From the IMG/VR virus record IMGVR_UViG_3300042308_001600, positions 62,001-121,077 of that record: DNA of 59,077 nt, one strand, 5' to 3'. The notes under the pieces were generated by a model that made no database searches, was not told the DNA's origin, and was given only the letters and a program-made list of their open reading frames with translations. Source of the DNA: an uncultured virus (IMG/VR IMGVR_UViG_3300042308_001600) (taxonomy: Duplodnaviria > Heunggongvirae > Uroviricota > Caudoviricetes). Position numbers and translations under genes: made by a program. Of the stretch, positions 47,416 through 56,543 are shown piece by piece (position 1 is the first letter of the stretch; every line of letters begins with the position of its first letter).

Positions 47416-49206
47416 TTAGTGGCGGCAGAAGTCGCCAAGGCTCATGTTCGCGTACGGGATCCGCAGTTGGGATTCCCGGACAGTTGCAAGGCAGACCCAC
47501 AGACGCCAGGCCTTTGCATAGCACTCCTGCCAGTCAATACCAAAAACATCGAAGGTATCCAACCCACACGCACCAAACTCGCGTGCGACACGCACGAAGG
47601 TCGGACGCCCCCGAGGGGATTCCACGAACCAACGGCAGACATCCTGCTTGGTGATGTTCGCCGCACTTACGTCACGCAGCAGGGGTACCACGCAAGCATG
47701 ATGGTCGCCCATGTAGCCCGCCAGAGCGTAGATGCGTGCGGCCCACAGGAACCGGTCAGCGTAGCCCTCGGTCAGCTGGTCACTTCTCCAACCCTGCAGG
47801 TCCTCGTAGAGGGCATCGGGTGCCCACGCAGATGTGTCGGCTTTATGCGGCACGCGCATATCCGGGATAGCCCGTACGAGGTTGGCTGAGACGTCTTCAG
47901 CGCGGTAAAGCACCCGCCCGAACTTATCGTGAGTCCGCGCTGCCGCGCTGGTGGCATGCTCGGCATCCTGTTCGTTTTTGATCGCAAAGGCGCTGGAAAG
48001 CAGATTCACGACATGCACAAGCGGCAGGCGTTTACAGCGCTCTGTCTGCACCGCGGCCCAATACCGGGCAAAGTGGTCAAGAGTCAGGGAGCCACCGTGT
48101 AGCTTGCGCACCAACTTGTGAGCCACCATGACGGTAATGGCCTCCCCAGGGCGGAGGCAATCCTCCAACAGCCAGCCGGGTAGGTTGGCCTTGAACCAAG
48201 CCAACGCGGCCTCCTTGCGGGGTCGCACCCCCTGTTGGAGTTTCTCAATCGCGAGCCTGCCGCGATGGTGATGTGCCGGATCTGATGATGATCGATCCGC
48301 TTCCAGCGATGTCTGAGCCTGAAGGTAGAAGGTCGGGGCAATCGCCGGGTCAGGTTGAGGAAGCCCAAGATCTTCAATGTGTTCCAGGACGTCCTCCGAG
48401 ACCGGGTAGGCTGTTTTGATTTCTTCCTGACGTTCCTGACTGACAGGCGTGACCACTTCCGGGGTGGTCGGAGATTCCGATCCTCCCTGGAGTTCCTGAC
48501 GGTCGCGACTGTCCTGAGGGTCTCCGGGAAGAGATTGGAAATTTTCCCTCGGCAGAGGGAATAAAAGGGTCTCTTTTTCAGAGGCTTCTACAGGTATTAC
48601 ATTATAGGAGTGCAGAGGAGCGGCGTCAGTACCCCCCTGTTTTGGGGGGTACTGACTGTGATCATTTTTTTGAGCCTTGGTCTTGCGTGTGCGGCGTTTC
48701 TTGGGCTTGGGTTTGTCGATCCCACCCTTTTCCCGGCGCATCTGTTTCCGGGCATTGAAGTCGCGCTTCACATCCGTCTCCTGGCTGTAGTGGAGCACCC
48801 AGCCGCCCTTCTGGACCTTCCCGTCCAGATCGACCCTGAAGCACCAGCCGTGAAACTTGCTGTCCTTCCGGATAACCACGTTGGCCAGCATCTGCTGAAT
48901 CCTGAGGTAGTTCAGGGCCTTGGTGGTGCGCTTGTCGGAAAAGCCTGTGTCAGCCCGGACCAGCTTCTTGGTGACCTGCCAGTAGCTGGCATGGCGCAGA
49001 ATGGCCATCAGGATGACCTTGGCGTCGCTGACGTTCTTCTTGGTGAAGTCGGGGTGCTGGGACAGCTCGGGGATCGTAGGAGCCCGCAAACCGGCAATAC
49101 AGCGCGGCAGGAGGTGCGGGGAAGACGGGGGTGTCTTGGGCTTGCTGGGCTTCTTGGGAGCCTTGGGCTGCTTGGCAGCCGGCACGGGGAGGGTGGTCTG
49201 AGACAT
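47416..49206 (-). CDS. winged-HTH protein, replication-initiator-like
   Basis: AKVILMAILRH..WQV..ADTGFSDKRTTKALNYL resembles phage/plasmid Rep wHTH; long disordered linker. Confidence 0.5.
   Translation of the reverse strand: MSQTTLPVPAAKQPKAPKKPSKPKTPPSSPHLLPRCIAGLRAPTIPELSQHPDFTKKNVSDAKVILMAILRHASYWQVTKKLVRADTGFSDKRTTKALNYLRIQQMLANVVIRKDSKFHGWCFRVDLDGKVQKGGWVLHYSQETDVKRDFNARKQMRREKGGIDKPKPKKRRTRKTKAQKNDHSQYPPKQGGTDAAPLHSYNVIPVEASEKETLLFPLPRENFQSLPGDPQDSRDRQELQGGSESPTTPEVVTPVSQERQEEIKTAYPVSEDVLEHIEDLGLPQPDPAIAPTFYLQAQTSLEADRSSSDPAHHHRGRLAIEKLQQGVRPRKEAALAWFKANLPGWLLEDCLRPGEAITVMVAHKLVRKLHGGSLTLDHFARYWAAVQTERCKRLPLVHVVNLLSSAFAIKNEQDAEHATSAAARTHDKFGRVLYRAEDVSANLVRAIPDMRVPHKADTSAWAPDALYEDLQGWRSDQLTEGYADRFLWAARIYALAGYMGDHHACVVPLLRDVSAANITKQDVCRWFVESPRGRPTFVRVAREFGACGLDTFDVFGIDWQECYAKAWRLWVCLATVRESQLRIPYANMSLGDFCRH
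48625..48656. repeat. perfect 13-bp inverted repeat
   Basis: GTCAGTACCCCCC-tgtttt-GGGGGGTACTGAC. Confidence 0.9.
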
Positions 49207-49471
49207 GTGAGGTGATCCTGGAGCCCTCAGGGCCTGGATTCTGTCTTGAACTGGTGAGCCCTGTTACAGGCAAAAGTGTTGCGGGGCCGCTCGCTTTTGT
49301 GAAAAAACACCAACTCTCAACATCCTCGCAGGCCCTTCGGGCATTTAGGGATGACCTCCTGTCAGATCCAATTGTCGCTGTTTTTTCAACTCAGAGACGC
49401 TCTTCAAATCGAGAGATTACACCGTGATGGTGCCCGATCAGGAGAGAACATTCAAGCACAAAGTTCTATAA

Positions 49472-49663
49472 TTACTGGACTATTTCCATCCAGCCTCGAT
49501 TTGTTCGTGGTGCTGTAACACGAACGACCCAAGAGAACCACTGAGGATATGCTCCAGTGTACCGCGCGACCTTGAGCACCGTAGACATACCTGCAGGGTT
49601 GTCCGCGAACCAGGTGCTAATTGTAGATCCCACCGCGGGCGCTGGTTTGTTATCGTGTTTCAC
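49472..49663 (-). CDS. hypothetical protein
   Basis: 63 aa tiling ORF. Confidence 0.5.
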   Translation of the reverse strand: MKHDNKPAPAVGSTISTWFADNPAGMSTVLKVARYTGAYPQWFSWVVRVTAPRTNRGWMEIVQ

Positions 49664-49666
49664 TTC

Positions 49667-50254
49667 CTAGTTTTCAGAAATCAGGCTGTCGATCTCCTGT
49701 CGTGCCCCGACCACCGCAGCTTTCCAGATCTCGTCAAAACGATCGGCAGCAATCTGCCGGTACGTTACTGTAGCCGTCAGATTTATTTCACCATCAGGAT
49801 TACAAACCTGCACCTCAATCATGAGCCAAGGGGACTGACCCTGCACATACTCCCGGTAGTACACGTACAGTTTCCAGACATGCTCGTCCAGGTAATCATC
49901 CTCAGTGGGCTCGCGACCTAGCTCGGCCAGCAGACCATCCCGAAGTTCCTCGTCAGGTTGGAACGGTCCTTCCTCCTCAAAGTATTCCCGCACAGCAGCA
50001 CTGTCGAACATCAGGCAGGTACAGCACGAGTCACCCAATGGAGAAGGGCTGTACTCATCTGGCACCTTGGTCAGATACCACAGATTCTCATCGGGCACGT
50101 CCGAATCGTCTTCGACGACAAAGTCTTCCTCGGCCTCTTCGACCTGCCATGGTGCCTGTGCCATGGTGTCTATGCCAGGGAACACCTTGAAGGTGTAACC
50201 CTTGTACTTTGCTTCATGTCTGCGGCTTAGCAGTTTTGCGAGGTTTGGAGTCAT
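49667..50254 (-). CDS. acidic hypothetical protein
   Basis: 195 aa ORF. Confidence 0.65.
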   Translation of the reverse strand: MTPNLAKLLSRRHEAKYKGYTFKVFPGIDTMAQAPWQVEEAEEDFVVEDDSDVPDENLWYLTKVPDEYSPSPLGDSCCTCLMFDSAAVREYFEEEGPFQPDEELRDGLLAELGREPTEDDYLDEHVWKLYVYYREYVQGQSPWLMIEVQVCNPDGEINLTATVTYRQIAADRFDEIWKAAVVGARQEIDSLISEN

Positions 50255-50733
50255 AGTGGTATAGGAGTTCAGGTGGTGGTGCTCTTTGTCAAGATGCCAC
50301 CTCCAGGATTTGAATCAGATTGTCCCGTACGAACTGTGTCGTGTACTTCAAGCAGTCCTCGGCTTTACAGGGTGGTTGCAAGTTGATGCTGCTCGTCAGG
50401 GCATTTTTGCCATCAGCGTTCCGGTACAGGATTTGGAAGTACCTCATTTGTCTGGTATTGCCGGGTTCGTCGTGATGCATGGTTCGTAGCGCTTCCCATC
50501 AATAACTACAGGCACTAGCTTCGTGTCCATGAAGTTAATGCATTCTCCGAGTGAGTCCAGGTGCAGAAGGCTCGCTGCTTGGCGTACCCGTACACCCCCA
50601 GAACCACGCTGCAGCCAGCGGCGGCATTCATTGTTTCGCCCACACAACCCGGTCTGGTCATGGCAGCGACACACATCATCCGGAAGATTTGGTACGTAGT
50701 ATTCCATCTTTTGTTCAAGCTCACGGAACGGGC

Positions 50734-51201
50734 TCATGGACATCCCATCAGGGTAGCAGTGTGGTTTCCAAATACTGTCATGATGTACTGACCTGTAAGG
50801 TCGGAGAGTTTGCTGCATTCAACCTGGCATTTCGCACCTAGCGGTTCGAACCATTCAAGTTCCACACACTTCAACACAAGGGAGCGGTGTTGCATACCTG
50901 AAATGTAGTGTGTCTTGGCCTGCAAGGGAGCATTGAATGCTCGGGCGCAGTAACTACAAATGACTTCCTCGTAGGCTTCCCCGTCCTCGTAGTAGGCTGG
51001 GCGTGTACTGCAGTTGGTCCACTCCCCTGCCTCCAGGGAATGTTGGACCCCGCAACCTGGACAGGGAAACGGATCCCCAATCTGTTCATAGCCGAGCATG
51101 GTCTTGAAGTCCTGTCCATGCTCGTACTCGGTAATGAGACAGGGGTGTCCGTTGACGGTCGCGTGGATGAGCATCTCCATCTCAGTTTTGTTCCAACACA
51201 C
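50734..51201 (-). CDS. zinc-finger hypothetical protein
   Basis: CPGC and CSYC motifs. Confidence 0.5.
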   Translation of the reverse strand: MCWNKTEMEMLIHATVNGHPCLITEYEHGQDFKTMLGYEQIGDPFPCPGCGVQHSLEAGEWTNCSTRPAYYEDGEAYEEVICSYCARAFNAPLQAKTHYISGMQHRSLVLKCVELEWFEPLGAKCQVECSKLSDLTGQYIMTVFGNHTATLMGCP

Positions 51202-51814
51202 AATGCGTCACTTCGCCTTGGTCTACACAGACCCACCAGACTTCATTGCGGTCGCAGTGGCGATAGTAGTAGTCTTCCCCGACGCCGGAATCCGGCCCAT
51301 CCTCTGTAACCCAGTCTCCGGGAACTGTGTTGGTGCGCAGCGCCAGTTCCCGTAGCGCCAAGGGATACTCAGCCATCAGTTCATCGATAGTGGCTTTGGC
51401 CTGTACCAGCTCTGCCAGCTTGCGCTCCACAGCCGTGATGACCAGATCCTCGTTCTGGTGTACATCGTAATCAGATACTTCGTACTCATTGGGCGCACTG
51501 CAGATGTAGTCAATGCGGCCCAGCGCGTAACTGAGTTCGATGCAGCCTCGCTCCAACTTTTCGATGCGTTGCCGCGCATACGCCAGCTCTTCCTCCATCG
51601 TGGGTTGACCGGTTGTGATCCACTCTGTGTTTACACTGTGGGTGTCCGCACATGCCTCTTCTTCGCCTGAGAAGAACCCATTGCCCATCCCGTGCTCAAT
51701 TACCCGCTTGGCCGCAGCCGCAAGATCCTTGCGCAGTTGCTCATGGTCTGCACACCCATCGAATATCTCGTACTCGATGTCGGACGTAAGCCGTAGTTTG
51801 ATCTTTTCACTCAT
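51182..51814 (-). CDS. hypothetical protein
   Basis: 210 aa, ATGA coupling. Confidence 0.65.
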   Translation of the reverse strand: MSEKIKLRLTSDIEYEIFDGCADHEQLRKDLAAAAKRVIEHGMGNGFFSGEEEACADTHSVNTEWITTGQPTMEEELAYARQRIEKLERGCIELSYALGRIDYICSAPNEYEVSDYDVHQNEDLVITAVERKLAELVQAKATIDELMAEYPLALRELALRTNTVPGDWVTEDGPDSGVGEDYYYRHCDRNEVWWVCVDQGEVTHCVLEQN

Positions 51815-53223
51815 GCTTGTCTGAACATGCGGTCCACGAATTTCTGATAGCCGAAGTTACGACGCACAGGCACCAAGCCACCGACACCCTTGCGGGCTTT
51901 GCCGATGAAGAAGTACTGATCCGGTTCATAGTTCTCACCATGTCCGGCTTCGTCCTGATCTTTGCTCTGGATTGCCGAGATGCCGATGACACCCGTCATG
52001 GGCTTGTCCATCGACTTGGACTCCTGCAGATTCGCGGCGCCCACGCGCGCGTTGTTCTTGCCAGTGACATTGTGGGCCTGGGCGAATGTGCAGCCCACGG
52101 CGTTCATGTCACCCGCCAGATCCGCCACAGCCTCACAACCGCCATTGTAGGCCAGCCGGATCTTGGTCGGATCGTTCTTGGCATCGTCATCGAGGGAACC
52201 ACCAATCCAGTCCAACAGGAAGGCATCCAGCCCGCCCATTTCGTTGGCCAGCTGATCTAGCGTGTCCCGCAATCCCAGCCGGATGTCCCGGTTTGGTCGC
52301 TTGAACCACTCCACGATCCGAAAGTTTCCCTTGTTCACGTGACGGCTGAACTCCTCAACGGCCGCACGTTGTGTGGGCTGCAGTGTGCCTTGGTTGAGAC
52401 CATTCACGATTTGCTTGTACGGGATCCCGCATTGCTGGCTCAGCAGTCGCATCGTGAGGTCATTGGTAGCCTGGCTTCGCTCTGTGGTGACCAGTGCCAC
52501 CTTGTTGCCAGCCAGTGCCCATTCCCCGGCAAACTGTGTGCTCGTGACGGTCTTGCCGGCGCCGGAAGCGGCGATGAACAGGTACCCCTCACCACGACCG
52601 AACCCACCACCCAACCGCACATTCAACTGTGCGATGGAGGTCCTCAAACGCACGACATCCGGTTTGGGATTTTGCAGCTCCTCCCAGATATCAAAGATCA
52701 TCTGCTCGGTGTTGGCCAGCTTGTCGATAAAGACGTTCTCCTGGCGGAGGTGTCCTTGCAGCTTGTCGGCACGCCAGCGCTCTGTCCTGGCACGCTGGGA
52801 GATCATTTGAGTCCTCACCTGCTTGAGCCAGTACGTGCAACCTGTGTTGGTCTGCTGCTGGATAAGCGGCATGTTGGTTGAACCGCTGCAGAGCATCTCA
52901 TAGAAGTACTGCCAGACATCCGTCAATTCCTGCGCGGGTAGTTTGCCTTGTCCGGCCACCTGGCTCATACAGGTGTGCAGGAATTCCCAGGAAGGCTGTG
53001 GTGTCACAGGACCTCCGTGCAGATGATACAACAGCGCAGCCTGTGCCAGCCCAGCGTGCCTGGGCATCTGGAACGACCTGGCTTCCTGCCCCTCGTGATC
53101 GCAAAACAGCACCGTTCCAACCAGGGTCGCGAACTGTGCGTCCAGCATTATACGAGTCAACATGGTGCGTTCGAAGTACACCGGATCCTTGTCGATCATG
53201 TCATAGAGTTGCTCGCTGGTCAT
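51811..53223 (-). CDS. dnaB: DnaB-like replicative helicase
   Basis: LNVRLGGGF, Walker A AASGAGKT, LVTTE, FLLDW, FAQ, ES, IGKARKG. Confidence 0.85.
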   Translation of the reverse strand: MTSEQLYDMIDKDPVYFERTMLTRIMLDAQFATLVGTVLFCDHEGQEARSFQMPRHAGLAQAALLYHLHGGPVTPQPSWEFLHTCMSQVAGQGKLPAQELTDVWQYFYEMLCSGSTNMPLIQQQTNTGCTYWLKQVRTQMISQRARTERWRADKLQGHLRQENVFIDKLANTEQMIFDIWEELQNPKPDVVRLRTSIAQLNVRLGGGFGRGEGYLFIAASGAGKTVTSTQFAGEWALAGNKVALVTTERSQATNDLTMRLLSQQCGIPYKQIVNGLNQGTLQPTQRAAVEEFSRHVNKGNFRIVEWFKRPNRDIRLGLRDTLDQLANEMGGLDAFLLDWIGGSLDDDAKNDPTKIRLAYNGGCEAVADLAGDMNAVGCTFAQAHNVTGKNNARVGAANLQESKSMDKPMTGVIGISAIQSKDQDEAGHGENYEPDQYFFIGKARKGVGGLVPVRRNFGYQKFVDRMFRQA

Positions 53224-53906
53224 GTGTGTTTCAAGATGGGTAGGATGTCATAGCCTTGATGTCTCAGTACGCTTCCAAGGTCAGATCGAACTGCCAACTC
53301 GTCCCGTGCCGCCTTGCCCCAGCGTTCCATCACAACCGGATCGAAGTTACTCAGAAGGCAGCGCAGCCAGGGTTTGATGTCCCGCAGGTAACTACGCAGT
53401 ACTTCAAGCTGTGGTTCGCCGATCGTCAGACTCCCGGCACACCCACGCAATGCTTGGTGTGCATACGCGAGAGCTCCTTCGTATTCCATCAAGGCATCAG
53501 AGGAGCCAGCATGCGCATAATCCTCAGCATTGATGATGTCGGCGCCCATGGTCTGTACAGCTTTGATGCTGCCTTGCACGCGTTTCCATATTTCCTCACA
53601 GCTGGTAATCTTGCTGACACCAGTCAAGAGCGCCCCAGCGCTAGTTGGATGTTTGTGTATGTCATATAGGTGCTCCCGTACAACCTGATCCGCAGTCAGT
53701 GGTTTATCGTGCCAGAACCTCGCAGCAGCCAGGACGGCCGGGATATCCTTGATCTTCTGAATACTGCTGTTGGCCGTGCAATTAGGGAGGGCACGTTCAC
53801 ACGCCTGCAATAAACTCTGTGCCCACATACCCACATTACCCTCAGCGTGACAGGCTGAGAAAAAGGACTCTCGGGATTGCTGGTGTGGTACTCGGCTCAT
53901 CTGCAC
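53220..53906 (-). CDS. hypothetical protein
   Basis: 228 aa between the two helicase genes. Confidence 0.65.
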   Translation of the reverse strand: MQMSRVPHQQSRESFFSACHAEGNVGMWAQSLLQACERALPNCTANSSIQKIKDIPAVLAAARFWHDKPLTADQVVREHLYDIHKHPTSAGALLTGVSKITSCEEIWKRVQGSIKAVQTMGADIINAEDYAHAGSSDALMEYEGALAYAHQALRGCAGSLTIGEPQLEVLRSYLRDIKPWLRCLLSNFDPVVMERWGKAARDELAVRSDLGSVLRHQGYDILPILKHT

Positions 53907-55411
53907 CTTTCTCGAAGTTTGCGCTTCAGTTCATTCTGTCCGTGTACGACATACACTTCGAAGCCGCGCTCCTGATAGTATCTGAGGCGCGTCTGGCTCT
54001 CGCGCACAGGACACCAACAGTCCGAGCCCTTCAACCGATCCATGGCATCCTGGGAAGCCGTGAAGAGGAAGTCGACCACGACTCCGCAGCGTTTGCCGGG
54101 ACGCAGTTCCGCCACACGACCTGGCTTCTGGATGGTCTTCGTGGAGGCGCCACCACCAGACAGGTTTATGACAACCCGAAGGTCACTGAAGGTGACGCCC
54201 TGCGCATAGATGTTGGTCGCGAAGCACAGACGTGTTTCCCCTGATTTGAGATTATCCGTCTTCTCCTTGCGCTGCTTGGTGGACATCTGCTTGGCCATCG
54301 CGATCTCCATCCCGGGGATGGCGACAAACTCCTTCAGGTATTCAGCCTGGCGCTCGTTGTCGATGAAGCCCAAGATCTGCCATGTGGGATCGAACACGTC
54401 ACTCTCGGGACTGCACAACCAGCGCAGACAGTTGGCAATCCCTGGATTCTCCCAGAAGATCTGCTGGTAGGCCTTGCGGCGATCCCGGCATGGAAACCCC
54501 TTGGTCGGGATAGCAAGCATGTAGACAACGATCGGGGCAATTGCACCTTCGCGGACAGCCTCCAGGTAAGTACGCTCCGACAGCACAGGCCCGATAAGCC
54601 CGCGGATCAGTGGATCCTTGCCGTCAAACCTTCCATCCAGGGTGGCCCCGTAACCAAGCTTCCGAGCCTTCTCGAAACGCATGAAATCCGGCATACGCCC
54701 AGATGTCGGGAGAGCATGCGGTTCATCCACGAGAATCAGGCGTACTTCCGACGTGTCCTCGACCTTGCTCATCGAGTCCATGGAGATCACCGTCACGTCC
54801 TGGCTGATCTTCTTGGTCGAGACCTTGCTATGCATCTTCTTCACCAGCCGCAGCGGAAGCGCCCCCTCAAGCTCCGCGTGGAGCTGGTCCACCAAATCCA
54901 CGCCCGGAACCACCACCAATGTACAGAGGGTCGGGTAGGCGCGGCAGGTGTTGATGATCTCGGTCGTTTTGCCGAACCGTGTCGGGGCTGCAATCAACCC
55001 TGATTTGTCTTCAAGCAGCGCCGTCTCCAGCAGCTCACGCTGCGAGAACCGGAACCCATGCATGAGATCAAACCTCGGCTTCGGGAAGTCCTTGAGACGC
55101 ACATCGTGGAGTGTGTAGGCAACCCCGTGGTCCTTCAGGACCTCCAGCACATCTGGCAGAAATCCCTGATAGGTGCGCAGGAAGCACATCCCTGGCACAG
55201 TTGGTACAGGCCCCAGCTCGTACAGGTCCTCAGTGTGAGTCTTCTTCTGCCACCGGAACGTTGATGGATTCTGGACCATTTCCGACACCTCCATCTTGAG
55301 CACCTGCCGGATCTCCTTGAAGCCCGGTGTCACCGTGAGGGTGCTCTCGTCCCACAGGAGGTGCACAGGCCCTCCCGTTAATTTCCAATGTTTCAATGTT
55401 GAATCGGCCAT
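53897..55411 (-). CDS. superfamily 2 (UvsW-like) helicase
   Basis: APTRFGKT, DEPH, GAT, QKPGRVAE; start at ATG 55411 or GTG 55366 (ORF track extends to 55753). Confidence 0.88.
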   Translation of the reverse strand: MADSTLKHWKLTGGPVHLLWDESTLTVTPGFKEIRQVLKMEVSEMVQNPSTFRWQKKTHTEDLYELGPVPTVPGMCFLRTYQGFLPDVLEVLKDHGVAYTLHDVRLKDFPKPRFDLMHGFRFSQRELLETALLEDKSGLIAAPTRFGKTTEIINTCRAYPTLCTLVVVPGVDLVDQLHAELEGALPLRLVKKMHSKVSTKKISQDVTVISMDSMSKVEDTSEVRLILVDEPHALPTSGRMPDFMRFEKARKLGYGATLDGRFDGKDPLIRGLIGPVLSERTYLEAVREGAIAPIVVYMLAIPTKGFPCRDRRKAYQQIFWENPGIANCLRWLCSPESDVFDPTWQILGFIDNERQAEYLKEFVAIPGMEIAMAKQMSTKQRKEKTDNLKSGETRLCFATNIYAQGVTFSDLRVVINLSGGGASTKTIQKPGRVAELRPGKRCGVVVDFLFTASQDAMDRLKGSDCWCPVRESQTRLRYYQERGFEVYVVHGQNELKRKLRERCR

Positions 55412-55859
55412 AGCCGAATTTGGACCCGAATGGTGAAATTCCGAGTGTGTCGCCAATACGTTCAAGGGCTGCATAGACTTCCTGTGGTTCTGGCAGCCTT
55501 TTGCGCTGCACTGCCTGTGGTTCGCCGGGATCAGGGCGGACCAGACTACCACCAAACGAGACGATCGCTCCTGCGCGAATGCTTTCATGGTCGCAGGTGC
55601 GCTGGGTCTGGCCTGTGCGATACAGGCGGGCGTGCAGCCTTGTCTGAATGTTGGTGAGGTAGCGGTCCATCCGAACCGCGCTCTGGTAGACATCAGGACC
55701 TGCCACCTCTCCGAGGGCCGTCCCCCAGGCCCAGGCCCACTGCGGTTGATCAAGAAGCAGCATATCCGACCTGTGTTCCCGGCGGAACATCAGGACCTTG
55801 TTGATATCGCGGTCTCCCAACATGGGAGTGGTCAACCGCACGGAAAACATGAGACGCAT
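55230..55859 (-). CDS. orphan RAMP (Cas7-like) fold protein
   Basis: N-terminal VRLTTPMLG, internal ESIRAG..VSF, C-terminal Gly-rich loop IGDTLGISPFGSKFGYGRF. Confidence 0.6.
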   Translation of the reverse strand: MRLMFSVRLTTPMLGDRDINKVLMFRREHRSDMLLLDQPQWAWAWGTALGEVAGPDVYQSAVRMDRYLTNIQTRLHARLYRTGQTQRTCDHESIRAGAIVSFGGSLVRPDPGEPQAVQRKRLPEPQEVYAALERIGDTLGISPFGSKFGYGRFNIETLEINGRACAPPVGREHPHGDTGLQGDPAGAQDGGVGNGPESINVPVAEEDSH

Positions 55860-55901
55860 GCGCGGATCCTAGCGGGTACTGCGCATGCGTCCAGTCGGAA
55901 T

Positions 55902-56543
55902 TCACAAAGCGAGCAACGTCGCCATGTCGTGTACCTTTGCAGGGTCCAGTTCATGGAAGGAGCGACAGATGGACGAAGCCACCATGAAACAGTCCACGAA
56001 GCCGGAGAACCTCACAACATTGCCGACAGACACGCCACTGGCCAACGCCAAGGGACTACTCCCAAGGGCTGTCTTCATGCTACGCACACGTGCCGGATCC
56101 GCAGGCATCCCCGTCGCCGGACCGCTCGTGGTCACGACATCGAAAATAGCCGCAGCCTTGACGGCCGCTGCAGCTGGATCCTCTGGTTGTACCTGATACT
56201 TGAAGGCAACCCCAACGAATGTACGCCAAGCGCGGTTCTCGCGACACGGCAGGTCGTCCACCCTCAAATCCATAGGGTCGTCGAACCACAACGCATCGCA
56301 GCATGAAGGTACGAGCATAACTGCCTTTTGTGGAGATATGTCCAGGAAGTTCAGACCAACCCACCCTGCTGGGTGTGCCTGTCTTACACGCCAGTAACTC
56401 TCCACCAACTTCTTCGCAGTACGGCGGTGATCGATGAGGAACACCCCATCTGCGCCGTTCGCAAAGGCCACTTCTGATTGTTCAACAGCCTGATCATCGT
56501 CACGGACGTGGATCACAGGTACGAATCTTGGAAGTATTTTCAT
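55902..56543 (-). CDS. BtpA/SgcQ-like TIM-barrel protein
   Basis: PVIH..NGADGVFL, GLNFL, GVAFKY, VVTTSGPATG, ASGVSVGNV..VASS. Confidence 0.75.
   Translation of the reverse strand: MKILPRFVPVIHVRDDDQAVEQSEVAFANGADGVFLIDHRRTAKKLVESYWRVRQAHPAGWVGLNFLDISPQKAVMLVPSCCDALWFDDPMDLRVDDLPCRENRAWRTFVGVAFKYQVQPEDPAAAAVKAAAIFDVVTTSGPATGMPADPARVRSMKTALGSSPLALASGVSVGNVVRFSGFVDCFMVASSICRSFHELDPAKVHDMATLLAL

Noticed and set aside
55860..55901. Guide RNA or repeat array beside the RAMP-like gene
   Set aside because: Only ~40 nt of intergenic sequence, with no periodic repeats
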